The notes under the pieces: model-generated
Databases searched by the model: none
What the model was told of the DNA's origin: nothing
The model's input: only the letters and a program-made list of their open reading frames with translations
Program-made: the position numbers and the translations under genes
In this document: piece after piece, positions 8,827 through 19,651 of the stretch
Numbering within the stretch: the first letter of the stretch is position 1
How the letters are laid out: every line of letters begins with the position of its first letter
DNA from: an uncultured Spirochaetales bacterium
GTDB taxonomy: Bacteria; Myxococcota_A; UBA9160; SMWR01
Direction of reading: 5' to 3'
DNA length: 64,000 nucleotides
NCBI GenBank assembly: GCA_964413375.1
Contig: CAYPSI010000070.1
Span: 4,323-68,322, forward strand

Positions 8827-9828
8827 TCAGGGGATCTCGGGGGCCCAGAGGAAGTAGAAGCCGGGGGGGATCGCGAGGATCCGCGAGCCGGGGAACTCGA
8901 GGCGCAGGCTCGGCGCGATCGGACTTCCGCGCGTGTACAGGTTGTTCGCGTACTCGCGGGGGCGGTGATAGCGCACCACGCGAGCTTCCGAGAGTCCGGC
9001 GGCGCGCTTCGCGCGAAGAACCGACTCCTCGAGATCCGCCACCGCGTCGACGAGTCCTAGCTTCAGCGCCTGGGGCGCGCTGAAGATGCTGCCGTCGGCA
9101 ACCCGCTCGAGCCCACCCGGCGGAAGGTTCGGGCGCCCGGCGACGACCACCTGCTCGAAACGGGTGTGCAGGTCGTCGAGCACGCTCTGGAGGTGGGCCC
9201 GCTCCTCCGGGGTGAGGCGGCGCAGCGGTGAGCCCGCATCCTTGTGCGGCCCCGCGGTGAGCGTCTGGTCCTCGATCCCGAGCTTCTCGAGCAGCCCCGC
9301 GAGGCTCACGCTGACGAAACGCACCCCGATGGAGCCGGTGACCGTCGTCGGATGGGCGATCACGAGGTCCGCAGCCATTGCGACGTAGTAGCCCCCGGAG
9401 GTGGCGAGCCCCATCAGCTGCGCCACCACCGGAACCTTGCGCTCGCGCTTGAAGCGCAGGATCTCGCTGTAGACGAGATCGCTCGCCGTCGCGGTACCAC
9501 CGGGGCTGTTGATACGAAGCAGCACGGCGCGGACCTCGTCGTCGTCGCGCGCCCGGTCGAGCTGCTCGCGAATCCGCGATACCAGATTGTCTTCACTGGG
9601 TCCGAGGATCCCCGGCTCGGGCGCCTGCTCGACGATCACTCCGTCGATCTCGAGCAGCAGGATCTTCGGCCCCGACTCGCCGTAGACCACCGTCTCCTGG
9701 AAGGGCCTCGGCACTCCCCAGAGCTGGACCTGGATACAGGCGCCGAGCAGGATCGGCAGGCACAGGGCCGCGAAGAGCGGGCCCACGCGAGCCACCCAAT
9801 GGGTCAGCAGGGCGGATGCACGAACCAC
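8827..9828 (-). CDS. sppA: signal peptide peptidase SppA (36K type)
   Basis: N-terminal TM segment, then INSPGG, ATSGGYYVAMAAD and TGSIGV motifs of the S49 family. Confidence 0.85.
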   Translation of the reverse strand: MVRASALLTHWVARVGPLFAALCLPILLGACIQVQLWGVPRPFQETVVYGESGPKILLLEIDGVIVEQAPEPGILGPSEDNLVSRIREQLDRARDDDEVRAVLLRINSPGGTATASDLVYSEILRFKRERKVPVVAQLMGLATSGGYYVAMAADLVIAHPTTVTGSIGVRFVSVSLAGLLEKLGIEDQTLTAGPHKDAGSPLRRLTPEERAHLQSVLDDLHTRFEQVVVAGRPNLPPGGLERVADGSIFSAPQALKLGLVDAVADLEESVLRAKRAAGLSEARVVRYHRPREYANNLYTRGSPIAPSLRLEFPGSRILAIPPGFYFLWAPEIP

Positions 9829-9846
9829 GGGGCCCCCGCCCGGCGC

Positions 9847-12648
<2,802 letters not shown>

Positions 12649-12786
12649 CTCTCACCCCCCTTCCTTTGCGTGCTTTGCGTGCATCGACCTCGGCAAGCGC
12701 CTCCCCCCGTGCAGGCGCCTGCCCGATTCCCCAGGCCTCGCTCAGATCTCAACTTCGAGTCACAGGTCTCCGGTCCTCCCATTTCG

Positions 12787-12861
12787 TGCCCCGAGCATGT
12801 CCCGAGCCTGTCCCGAGCGTGCCCCGCGCTTGTCCCGAGTGTGTCCCGAGGGTGTCCCGAG
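12787..12861 (-). repeat. seven tandem 11-bp-phased repeats, CTCGGGACA + NN (as read on the nrdJ strand)
   Basis: On the plus strand, TG(T/C)CCCG(A/C)G units start at 12787, 12798, 12809, 12820, 12831, 12842 and 12853, an exact 11-nt period. Five units are identical; the units at 12787 and 12820 are variants. The array lies 139-213 nt upstream of the nrdJ start. Confidence 0.9.
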
Positions 12862-13101
12862 ACGACGCAACCCACCGGATCGGGATCCGCCGCCTGGCGG
12901 GAAGGTCCCGATCCGCTCTTCCCGAAGCCGCTTCCCTTACTTCCGATTTCCGGTTCGACTTGCTGCTCGCGGTCCGCTGCGCGCGGACGGGCGAGAAACC
13001 ACCGGAGATGAGAGAGGCGCCGGAACCCCCGGCGCCCCCGAACCGGATTCGGGTCCTCCTTCCCGTTTCCGGTTCGCTTCCCCCCGACGACCGCCTGTCT
13101 C

Positions 13102-13125
13102 AAAACCCCCCAGGCCGCCGAGGGG
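13102..13125 (-). terminator. intrinsic-terminator-like hairpin with a short U tract
   Basis: The minus strand reads CCCCTC-GGCGGCCT-GGGGGG-TTTT. It could terminate npdG read-through or attenuate the nrdJ leader. The stem is short and the assignment is ambiguous. Confidence 0.3.
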
Positions 13126-13148
13126 ACGTGTCTCATCCCCGATTGTTG

Positions 13149-13177
13149 TAGTTACTGCGGGCCCCGATCGGCGTCAA
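13149..13177 (-). promoter_or_regulatory. candidate sigma70-like promoter in the only AT-rich island upstream of nrdJ
   Basis: The minus strand reads TTGACG (13172-13177), a 17-nt spacer, then TAACTA (13149-13154). The -10 is weak. Confidence 0.25.
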
Positions 13178-13355
13178 TCGAAAAGTACAAAATGCAGCGC
13201 TCCAGGCAGTACTCGACCACAACCCCTTGAGGTTTCAGCCAATCGGAGGGTTGCCCGCGGGGAGTGCCGGGCGAGCCACCCTGCGTGGCGTTTCACCCTC
13301 GTATCCAAGTCCGCGAAATCACTGGGTCGACGGGTGGAGACGCCACCCGGAGGCG

Positions 13356-14036
13356 TCAAGCGCTCGGGAGTCCGGTGAAACGGATCCCGATTCCCTCTGG
13401 CACCTTGTAGCGGGCGTTGAGCCCGATCAGCAGCGCGGTGACCGCCTCGACGATCCGAGCGTTCGCCAGCGGGCCGCCGTCGACCGCCCGCAGCCCCGGT
13501 ATCAGCCCGCAGAGCGCCATGATGCGCTTGCGCGCGGCCATCGGCCCCGAAACGACGACGTCGCAGTCGACCTCGCTGTCGAGGTCCTGGAGGCGGTGGG
13601 CCGAGACGTTCTGGAACGCCGAGACGACCTCGACCCCCTCCGGCACGAGCGTGGCCAGCAGCTCCGCGCACGAGCCCTGCCAGATCCCGAGCATGCGCGT
13701 TGCGCCGTCGCCGACTGCGGTCGCGAGCGGCACGCCCATCGACACGACGATCTGCCCGGCGCGCAGGCTCTTCTGGATGCCCTTCTGCGTGCTCGCGCAG
13801 TGCTCGAAGGGAACGGAGAGGATCACGATCGGCGCGAGCTCGGCGGCCGCTCCGTTCTCGAGCCCGGTGACCGAGGCGCCCGGCAGCGTCGCGCGCACCT
13901 TCTCGGCCGCCTCCGCCGCCCGTTCGGGCTTGCGAGACCCGATCAGCACGGGTCGCCCGGCTCGCGCGAAGCGCAGCGCGAGACCCAGCCCCTGGTCCCC
14001 CGTTCCTCCCAGGATCGCAATCGCGTTCTCGTCCAT
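13356..14036 (-). CDS. npdG: NADPH-dependent F420 reductase (NpdG-like)
   Basis: ORF 13356..14519 trimmed to ATG 14036, preceded by GAGGAGG. The N-terminus is a Rossmann motif (MDENAIAILGGTGDQGLGLA). The protein is 226 aa. Confidence 0.8.
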   Translation of the reverse strand: MDENAIAILGGTGDQGLGLALRFARAGRPVLIGSRKPERAAEAAEKVRATLPGASVTGLENGAAAELAPIVILSVPFEHCASTQKGIQKSLRAGQIVVSMGVPLATAVGDGATRMLGIWQGSCAELLATLVPEGVEVVSAFQNVSAHRLQDLDSEVDCDVVVSGPMAARKRIMALCGLIPGLRAVDGGPLANARIVEAVTALLIGLNARYKVPEGIGIRFTGLPSA

Positions 14037-14102
14037 GTCGGCCACCTCCTCGCAGCTTCGGTGTCGCGAGGCTAGCAGGCGGGCCGAGCTAGACTCGGCG
14101 CG

Positions 14103-14420
14103 ATGTCGGAGGCAGACGAGGCGCGGGTCACGCCGAAGGGGATCCATCAGCAGGGAGCCCGCGAGCTCGCCATCGAATGGGCCGACGGTCACCGGAGCGT
14201 CTACGCCGTGCGGATGCTGCGCCTGTGCTGCGGGTGCGCGAGCTGCATCGACGAGTGGACCGGCGAGCAGCGACTCGACCCGGCCGGCGTGCCGGAGGAC
14301 GTGCATCCGCTGCGCGTGGCGCCCGTCGGACGCTACGGCATCCAGATCGCGTGGAGCGACGGGCACGAGACGGGCATCTACCCCTTCCGCCGCCTCCGCG
14401 AGCTGGACACGGGCAACTGA
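14103..14420 (+). CDS. DUF971 domain protein (gamma-butyrobetaine hydroxylase-like N-terminal fold)
   Basis: 105 aa containing IEWADGH..Y....LR..C.CA.C and a second IAWSDGHETGIYPF half. Confidence 0.7.
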   Translation: MSEADEARVTPKGIHQQGARELAIEWADGHRSVYAVRMLRLCCGCASCIDEWTGEQRLDPAGVPEDVHPLRVAPVGRYGIQIAWSDGHETGIYPFRRLRELDTGN

Positions 14421-14430
14421 GGCGGCGGCC

Positions 14431-16215
14431 GTGAGCGCCGCGTCACTCCGCCCTATCCTGGTCGGCGGGCTATGGGCAGCGCTCTTCGCCCTCGCGGCGG
14501 CGCTCAACCTCCACGACATCGGCTCGCTCGACTACTGGTGGCACCTGCGCGCCGGTCAGCTGATCTCCGAAACCGGCGCGGTCCCCAGCCACGATCCCCT
14601 CACCTACACCGTTCCGGGAGCGCGTTGGATCGACATCCACTGGCTCTTCCAGCTCGGCCTCCATGCGCTCCACGCGAGCGGAGGGCACGCGGCCGTCGTG
14701 GTGGCGCAGCTCGGACTCGTCTGCCTCTGGCTCGTCGCGCTCGCGCCGATCGCTTACCGCCGCGAGCGAACGTGGCTCAGCGTGGGCGCGCTTGCGCTGA
14801 TGCTGCTCGTCGCGGCCGGCCGCCTGCAGCCGCGGCCAGAGATTCCGAGCTTCGTCCTGCTCGCGTGGATCCTCAGCTTGCTCGACCGCTTCGACCGTAC
14901 CCCGGACCGGCTCGTCTACGCGATCGTTCCGCTCCAGCTCCTGTGGGTCAACGTTCACGGGCTCTTCGCCGTCGGCATAGCACTTTGTGCGATCCACCTC
15001 GTCGCCGAGCTGCTGCGCTCGCTCGGCCGCAGCGGAGGGGGACTGCGGATCGATCGCGTGCGCCGACTCGCGGGTGTGACGCTGCTCGCCGTTCTGATCT
15101 CGCTCGCAAACCCGAACGGGCTCGACGGCGCTCTCTATCCGCTGCAGCAGCTCGACATGGTGGGCTCCGCCGAGCGCCGCGGGGCCTTCGGAATGCTGAT
15201 CGACGAGCTTCAGCCGACGCTCGGATCGGCCGGCCCGCTCGAGCTCGGGCTCTTCCTCGCGCTCGCCTCGCTCTCGCTCGGGTCGCTGGTGATGAACTGG
15301 AGACGCGTCCGCGAGGCGGACATCCTGCTCTGGGTAGCCTTCTTCTATCTCGCGCTCGGAGCCAACCGCAACACGGCCCTCTTCGCCATCGTGGCCGCAA
15401 CGATCCTGGTGCGCAACGCGAACGAGGTGATCGACGCGCGACCGCGTTGGATGCGCCTCGACGCAAGCGCCACGCCGCTCGCGGTGGTCCTCGGGCTGCT
15501 GGTTGCGACCGAGGTCGCGATCGTGCGCCAGTTCGCGCTTCGCGGTCGCTACTCCACGCCGAGGATCGGCGTCGCGGAGGGACTGAACCCGATCGGCGCC
15601 GCGGACTGGATCGCGCGCACGAGACCCCCGGCACCGATCGGCCACAGCATGGGCGACGGCGGCTACCTGATCTGGCGCCTGTGGCCCGAGTACGCGGTGA
15701 TGAGCGACGGTCGGCTCGAGGTCTTCGGCCCCGATCTCCTGCCGGGCCTGCAGCTCTCCGACCCCGAGCGCTTCGCCGACCTCGACGCACAGTACCGCTT
15801 CGGCGCGGTGCTCTTGAACCACCGTCGCCTCGCGCTCGGCGAGCTCGTGGCCGCGCTGCAGACGAGCGGTGCATGGCGGCTCAGCTACGCCGACGACGTG
15901 AGCGTGGCCTTCGTGAGGGGCGACTCCGACGCGATGCGCTGGCCCGAGCTCGACCTCGACGCGCCCGGCGCCTTCGCCCCGCTCGACACGGTCGCGCAAT
16001 GGCAGGCGCGCGACCGCCTGATGGCCCGGGCACAGCTGCTCCTCGACCTCGGACGCCCCGACCTCGCGACGCGCACCTGGGAGGCCGCGCTCGCGCGCTT
16101 CCCAGACCTTTCCGAAGGGCAGGCGATCCTCGCGGAGCTGCGCGCGCGCGCGGCGCAGAAGCCCCCGCCGCAGCGGATGCGTGAGGCGGACGCTTTGGCA
16201 ACCCCTCCGCGCTGA
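14431..16215 (+). CDS. polytopic membrane protein with a TPR-like C-terminus, function unknown
   Basis: In-frame tail of ORF 13417..16215, starting at GTG 14431, 10 nt after the DUF971 stop. It has at least 10 hydrophobic segments, a soluble tail, and ends in DLGRPDLATRTWEAALARFP. Confidence 0.6.
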   Translation: MSAASLRPILVGGLWAALFALAAALNLHDIGSLDYWWHLRAGQLISETGAVPSHDPLTYTVPGARWIDIHWLFQLGLHALHASGGHAAVVVAQLGLVCLWLVALAPIAYRRERTWLSVGALALMLLVAAGRLQPRPEIPSFVLLAWILSLLDRFDRTPDRLVYAIVPLQLLWVNVHGLFAVGIALCAIHLVAELLRSLGRSGGGLRIDRVRRLAGVTLLAVLISLANPNGLDGALYPLQQLDMVGSAERRGAFGMLIDELQPTLGSAGPLELGLFLALASLSLGSLVMNWRRVREADILLWVAFFYLALGANRNTALFAIVAATILVRNANEVIDARPRWMRLDASATPLAVVLGLLVATEVAIVRQFALRGRYSTPRIGVAEGLNPIGAADWIARTRPPAPIGHSMGDGGYLIWRLWPEYAVMSDGRLEVFGPDLLPGLQLSDPERFADLDAQYRFGAVLLNHRRLALGELVAALQTSGAWRLSYADDVSVAFVRGDSDAMRWPELDLDAPGAFAPLDTVAQWQARDRLMARAQLLLDLGRPDLATRTWEAALARFPDLSEGQAILAELRARAAQKPPPQRMREADALATPPR

Positions 16216-16232
16216 CCCTACCCTCGCGCCCG

Positions 16233-17018
16233 ATGCCCGGACTCGACTTCGAAGCGATCGCACGCGCGGCAGAGGCCGCCGCCGATGCCGCGCGGCAGGA
16301 GGTGCTGCCGCGCTTTCGCGCGGTCGAGGTCGAGACGAAGGCCGACGGCTCGCCAGTGACCGAGGCCGACAAGGCCGCGGAGCGGGCGATCCGCGAGCGG
16401 CTACGCGCCGCGTTCCCCCGCTTCGCGATCCACGGTGAGGAGTACGGTGTAGAGGGAGACAGCGACGGACCCTGCTGGATGGTCGACCCGATCGACGGGA
16501 CGATCGGCTATTCGCGCGGAATCCCGCTCTTCTCGACCCTGATAGCGCTCCTCGACGAGGGCCAGCCGGTCTTCGGCCTGATCGATCTGCCCGGGGTGAA
16601 CGAGCGCTACGTGGGCTGGCGGGGTGGGGGATGCCGGCGCAACGGCCGCCCCTGTCGCGTCTCGCAGGAGAGCGACCTGCGGCGCGCCATCATCTCCCAC
16701 GGCGACCCCTTCTGCTTCGAGCGCTGGGGCGCGCGCGACGCCTTCCTGCGCATGGCACGCGAGATCCCGATGCTGCGCGGCTACACCGACGCCTTCGGCC
16801 ACGCGCAGGTCGCGGGCGGCGGCATCGGCGCGATGGTGGATCTCGATCTCAACCCCTGGGACGCCGCGCCGACGCAAATCCTCGTCCCCGAGGCCGGCGG
16901 TCGCTGCACGACGCTCCACGGCTCCGCCGGCAAGCTCGGCCTCGTCTTCGGCAGCCCCGCGCTCGTCGAGCAGCTCCTCGAGCTGCTCGATCTCGCGCCT
17001 TCACCGGGCCTACTCTGA
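16233..17018 (+). CDS. inositol monophosphatase / histidinol-phosphatase family protein
   Basis: Contains PVTEADKAAE, WMVDPIDGT and WDAAP motifs. Confidence 0.85.
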   Translation: MPGLDFEAIARAAEAAADAARQEVLPRFRAVEVETKADGSPVTEADKAAERAIRERLRAAFPRFAIHGEEYGVEGDSDGPCWMVDPIDGTIGYSRGIPLFSTLIALLDEGQPVFGLIDLPGVNERYVGWRGGGCRRNGRPCRVSQESDLRRAIISHGDPFCFERWGARDAFLRMAREIPMLRGYTDAFGHAQVAGGGIGAMVDLDLNPWDAAPTQILVPEAGGRCTTLHGSAGKLGLVFGSPALVEQLLELLDLAPSPGLL

Positions 17019-17423
17019 CGGCAGCACCACGAGCGTCGCCGCGCGGTGGGGCGGGTGCATGTGGCAGTGGATGCGCAGCACCTGTCCGCCCTGCAGCGAG
17101 GGCAGCTCGATCAGCAGCTCCTCGCCGGGGGCGATCACCTTCTCGATTCCGAGCGCGGCGATCGCGAAGCCGTGCGGCATCTCGGTCGTGTTCACGATCG
17201 AGAGCGAACGCGGGCCGCCGTCGGTCACCACGAGCGTCGACGGGATGAAGACGTTCTTCCCGCCGACGAGCGCGCTCACCACCTGCACCGTCGAGACGTC
17301 GCTCGAGTAGCCGGCGGCGTGGTGCGTCTCGTGCATCTCCATCCGGCCCGCACAGCCTGCCTCGAGCACGGCGAAGGCGGCGAGCACGGCCTCGAGGCGG
17401 AGCGAGCGACGACCGATCGGCAT
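17010..17423 (-). CDS. cupredoxin-like secreted protein
   Basis: 137 aa with an N-terminal signal-like segment. Candidate copper ligands are an upstream His (EMPHGF) and a C-terminal HCHMHPPH (CxxH). No obvious axial Met. Confidence 0.55.
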   Translation of the reverse strand: MPIGRRSLRLEAVLAAFAVLEAGCAGRMEMHETHHAAGYSSDVSTVQVVSALVGGKNVFIPSTLVVTDGGPRSLSIVNTTEMPHGFAIAALGIEKVIAPGEELLIELPSLQGGQVLRIHCHMHPPHRAATLVVLPSE

Positions 17424-17525
17424 GGATCCTCCCGGGCTCCGGGGGACGCTGCGGAGGCTCCCCGGAGGCGCGACCCCGCCACGCTATCCTAGGCTCCCTT
17501 CGACGCAAAGACCCGGGAGAGTGCG

Positions 17526-19175
17526 ATGACCGAAGTGCCCACCCTCGACGACGCGCGAGTCTGCCTTCGCGCCGCCGACCAACTGCTCGGGCGCGCCCTC
17601 GCGCGCGCCCGCGAGATCACCGAGGGCGGGAGCCGGATCGACGCTCATCAGGTGCTGACCGAGGCGGTGACCTACGCGGCGACCGAGGGGCGCGCGGCGC
17701 GAGCGTTGCTCGACTCCGCGGCAGCAGCGCAGGCAGAGGGCCGTTCGGCCCCGATGCTCGAGACCACGGCGGTCGCCGGCGTGGCCGACCAGGTGCGCAG
17801 CCTGCGCGCGCGGCTCGAGCCTCACGTGGAGAGCCTCGGCATCGGAGAGGGGGCCCTCGACGAGACCTTCCCGGCGGAGGTGCGCGCCTGCCTGCGCCGC
17901 GCCGCACACGCATCGGTCTTCGAGGCCATCGGGGAGCACGTGGCGCAGACGCGCGGGCGTAACGCGACGCCGCTCGACGAGATCTCGGAGCAGGTGCGCG
18001 AGGCCGTGCGAGAGTTCGCCGAGCGCGAGGTGGCGCCCCACGCCGAGCGCATCCACCGCCACGACGCACTCGTTCCCGAGGAGTTCATCTCGAAGATGGC
18101 CGAGCTCGGCTATTTCGGGCTCGCGGTTCCCGAGGAGTACGGCGGCTCCGCGATGGGCAACCTCGCGATGATTCTCACCACCGAAGAGCTCTCGCGCGCC
18201 TCGCTCGCAGCGGCGGGATCGCTGATCACCCGACCGGAGATCCTCACCAAGGCGCTGCTGCAAGGCGGAACGGACGAACAGAAGCGCCACTGGCTCCCGA
18301 GGATCGCCGCGGGCGAGATCATGGTCGGCATCTCGGTCACCGAGCCCGACATCGGGAGCGACGTGGCCTCGGTCAAGTGCAAGGCAGAGCGACGCGAGGT
18401 CGAAGGGCGCGAGGTCTTTGCGATCACGGGCCCGAAGGCCTGGTGCACCTTCGCGGGTCGCGCGGACGTGCTCGCGGTGCTCTGCCGCACCGATCCCGAC
18501 CCGACGAAGGGCGCCCGGGGCCTCTCGCTCTTCATCGTCCCGAAGGACCGCTTCGACGGACACGGCTTCGAAATGAAGCAACCGCGCGGAGGACGCCTCG
18601 TCGGCAAGGCCGACGCCACGCCCGGCTATCGCGGCATGCACTCCTACACGCTCAATTTCGAGAACTTCCTCGTCCCGGCCGAAAACCTGGTCGGCGGGCC
18701 GGGCGGCCTCGGGCGCGGCTTCTATCTCCAAATGGCGGGCTTCGCGGCCGGGCGCCTCCAGACGGGAGGGCGCGCCTGCGGCCTCGCGCAGGCGGCACTC
18801 GAAAAGACGGCGGAGTACGTCGAGGATCGCTCGCAGTTCGGCCGACCGATCGGCGAGTACGGCCTCACGCGCCATACCCTCGGGCGCATGGCGGCCACGC
18901 TCGCCGCTTCGCGCGCGATCACCTATGCAGCGGCCCTCGCGATGGACGAGGACGAGCGCCGAGCCGCGCCCCTGGCGGCCCAGGCGAAGCTGCTCGCCTG
19001 CGACATGGCCGTGGCACTCACGCAAGCGGGTCAGCTGATGCACGGAGGCTGGGGCTACGCCGAGGAGTATCCGATCAGCCGCTACGTCGTCGACGCGCTG
19101 GTGCTCCCGATCTTCGAGGGCGTGAAGCCGATCCTCGAGCTCAAGGTCATCGGCCGGAGTCTCCTCAGCGACTGA
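17526..19175 (+). CDS. acyl-CoA dehydrogenase family protein (long form with an N-terminal helical extension)
   Basis: 549 aa. ACAD middle and C-terminal motifs are present: GISVTEPDIGSD, KAWCTFAG, GGWGYAEEYPISRY. Confidence 0.85.
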   Translation: MTEVPTLDDARVCLRAADQLLGRALARAREITEGGSRIDAHQVLTEAVTYAATEGRAARALLDSAAAAQAEGRSAPMLETTAVAGVADQVRSLRARLEPHVESLGIGEGALDETFPAEVRACLRRAAHASVFEAIGEHVAQTRGRNATPLDEISEQVREAVREFAEREVAPHAERIHRHDALVPEEFISKMAELGYFGLAVPEEYGGSAMGNLAMILTTEELSRASLAAAGSLITRPEILTKALLQGGTDEQKRHWLPRIAAGEIMVGISVTEPDIGSDVASVKCKAERREVEGREVFAITGPKAWCTFAGRADVLAVLCRTDPDPTKGARGLSLFIVPKDRFDGHGFEMKQPRGGRLVGKADATPGYRGMHSYTLNFENFLVPAENLVGGPGGLGRGFYLQMAGFAAGRLQTGGRACGLAQAALEKTAEYVEDRSQFGRPIGEYGLTRHTLGRMAATLAASRAITYAAALAMDEDERRAAPLAAQAKLLACDMAVALTQAGQLMHGGWGYAEEYPISRYVVDALVLPIFEGVKPILELKVIGRSLLSD

Positions 19176-19202
19176 AGCACCGCCCGCACTGCGAGCACGT
19201 GG

Positions 19203-19323
19203 GCAAGCGAAGCGCGCAGCGAGGCGAAGCCGAGCGGAGGGGTCACGGGCAAGCGAAGCGCGCAGCGAGGCGAAGCCGAGCGGAGAGGTCACTCACCGCT
19301 CAAGTCGTGGCATCGTCCTCTGG
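19203..19323 (+). repeat. dispersed repeat, H-H-T (two tandem H modules plus a T tail)
   Basis: H occurs at 19203-19239 and 19249-19285 and the two copies are identical. T (AGGTCACTCACCGCTCAAGTCGTGGCATCGTCCTCTGG) runs to 19323. Confidence 0.9.
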
Positions 19324-19572
19324 CCGGCCCTCCCGGTCCTTGCGCCGCTCGCGAACGCCACGGATCGTGTACCAGGTGGCGAGCCCCCCGCAGACGGCGA
19401 AGCCATAGCGGTTGAAATTGATCCATTCCATCTCCGGATTGAACCAGCCGTCGTAGAAGAACCACGCGGCGAAGACCCAGAGCAGGACCGGCAGGAAGAA
19501 GGGGTTGTCGAAGGGCGTCGAGGCGGGGCCGTCCTCGTCCTCACCCTCGGACCCGAGAGGCTCGTTGGCCAT
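19300..19572 (-). CDS. small membrane protein (two predicted TM helices)
   Basis: 90 aa with good GC3 codon usage and hydrophobic FFLPVLLWVFAAWFF and YGFAVCGGLATWY segments. The last 7 codons and the stop lie inside the repeat T tail. Confidence 0.55.
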   Translation of the reverse strand: MANEPLGSEGEDEDGPASTPFDNPFFLPVLLWVFAAWFFYDGWFNPEMEWINFNRYGFAVCGGLATWYTIRGVRERRKDREGRPEDDATT

Positions 19573-19622
19573 CGGGCGAACATAGCCACGGAGCCTGCCC
19601 CGGGCCAGCGTCCGGCCAACGC

Positions 19623-19649
19623 GCGCTCCCCTCGTTCCGACGGGAGCGC
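19623..19649 (-). terminator. GC hairpin just downstream of the aminopeptidase stop (no U tract)
   Basis: GCGCTCCC, an 11-nt loop, then GGGAGCGC: a perfect 8-bp stem. Confidence 0.3.
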
Positions 19650-19651
19650 TC

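Noticed and set aside
12787-12861. The tandem repeat array might be a CRISPR array or a coding minisatellite.
   Set aside because: - The period is only 11 nt with 2-nt spacers, far too short for CRISPR, and no cas genes are in the window.
- An 11-nt period is not a multiple of 3, and all ORFs crossing it look non-coding.
12941-12960. tRNA-like T-arm string GGTTCGAC in the nrdJ upstream region.
   Set aside because: No acceptor, anticodon or D-arm pairing can be drawn around it. It is part of a 17-nt direct repeat (also at 13059-13077) rather than a tRNA or tmRNA.
13356-13400. Possible cobalamin riboswitch upstream of nrdJ. The string GGGAGTCCGGTGAAACGGATCCC resembles the GGGAA..GGTGAAA..CC core.
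   Set aside because: - It lies on the plus strand inside the 3' end of the npdG-like CDS, the wrong strand and location for nrdJ.
- No B12 box was found on the nrdJ strand anywhere in 12649-13355.
- B12 riboswitches normally control B12-independent RNRs, not nrdJ.
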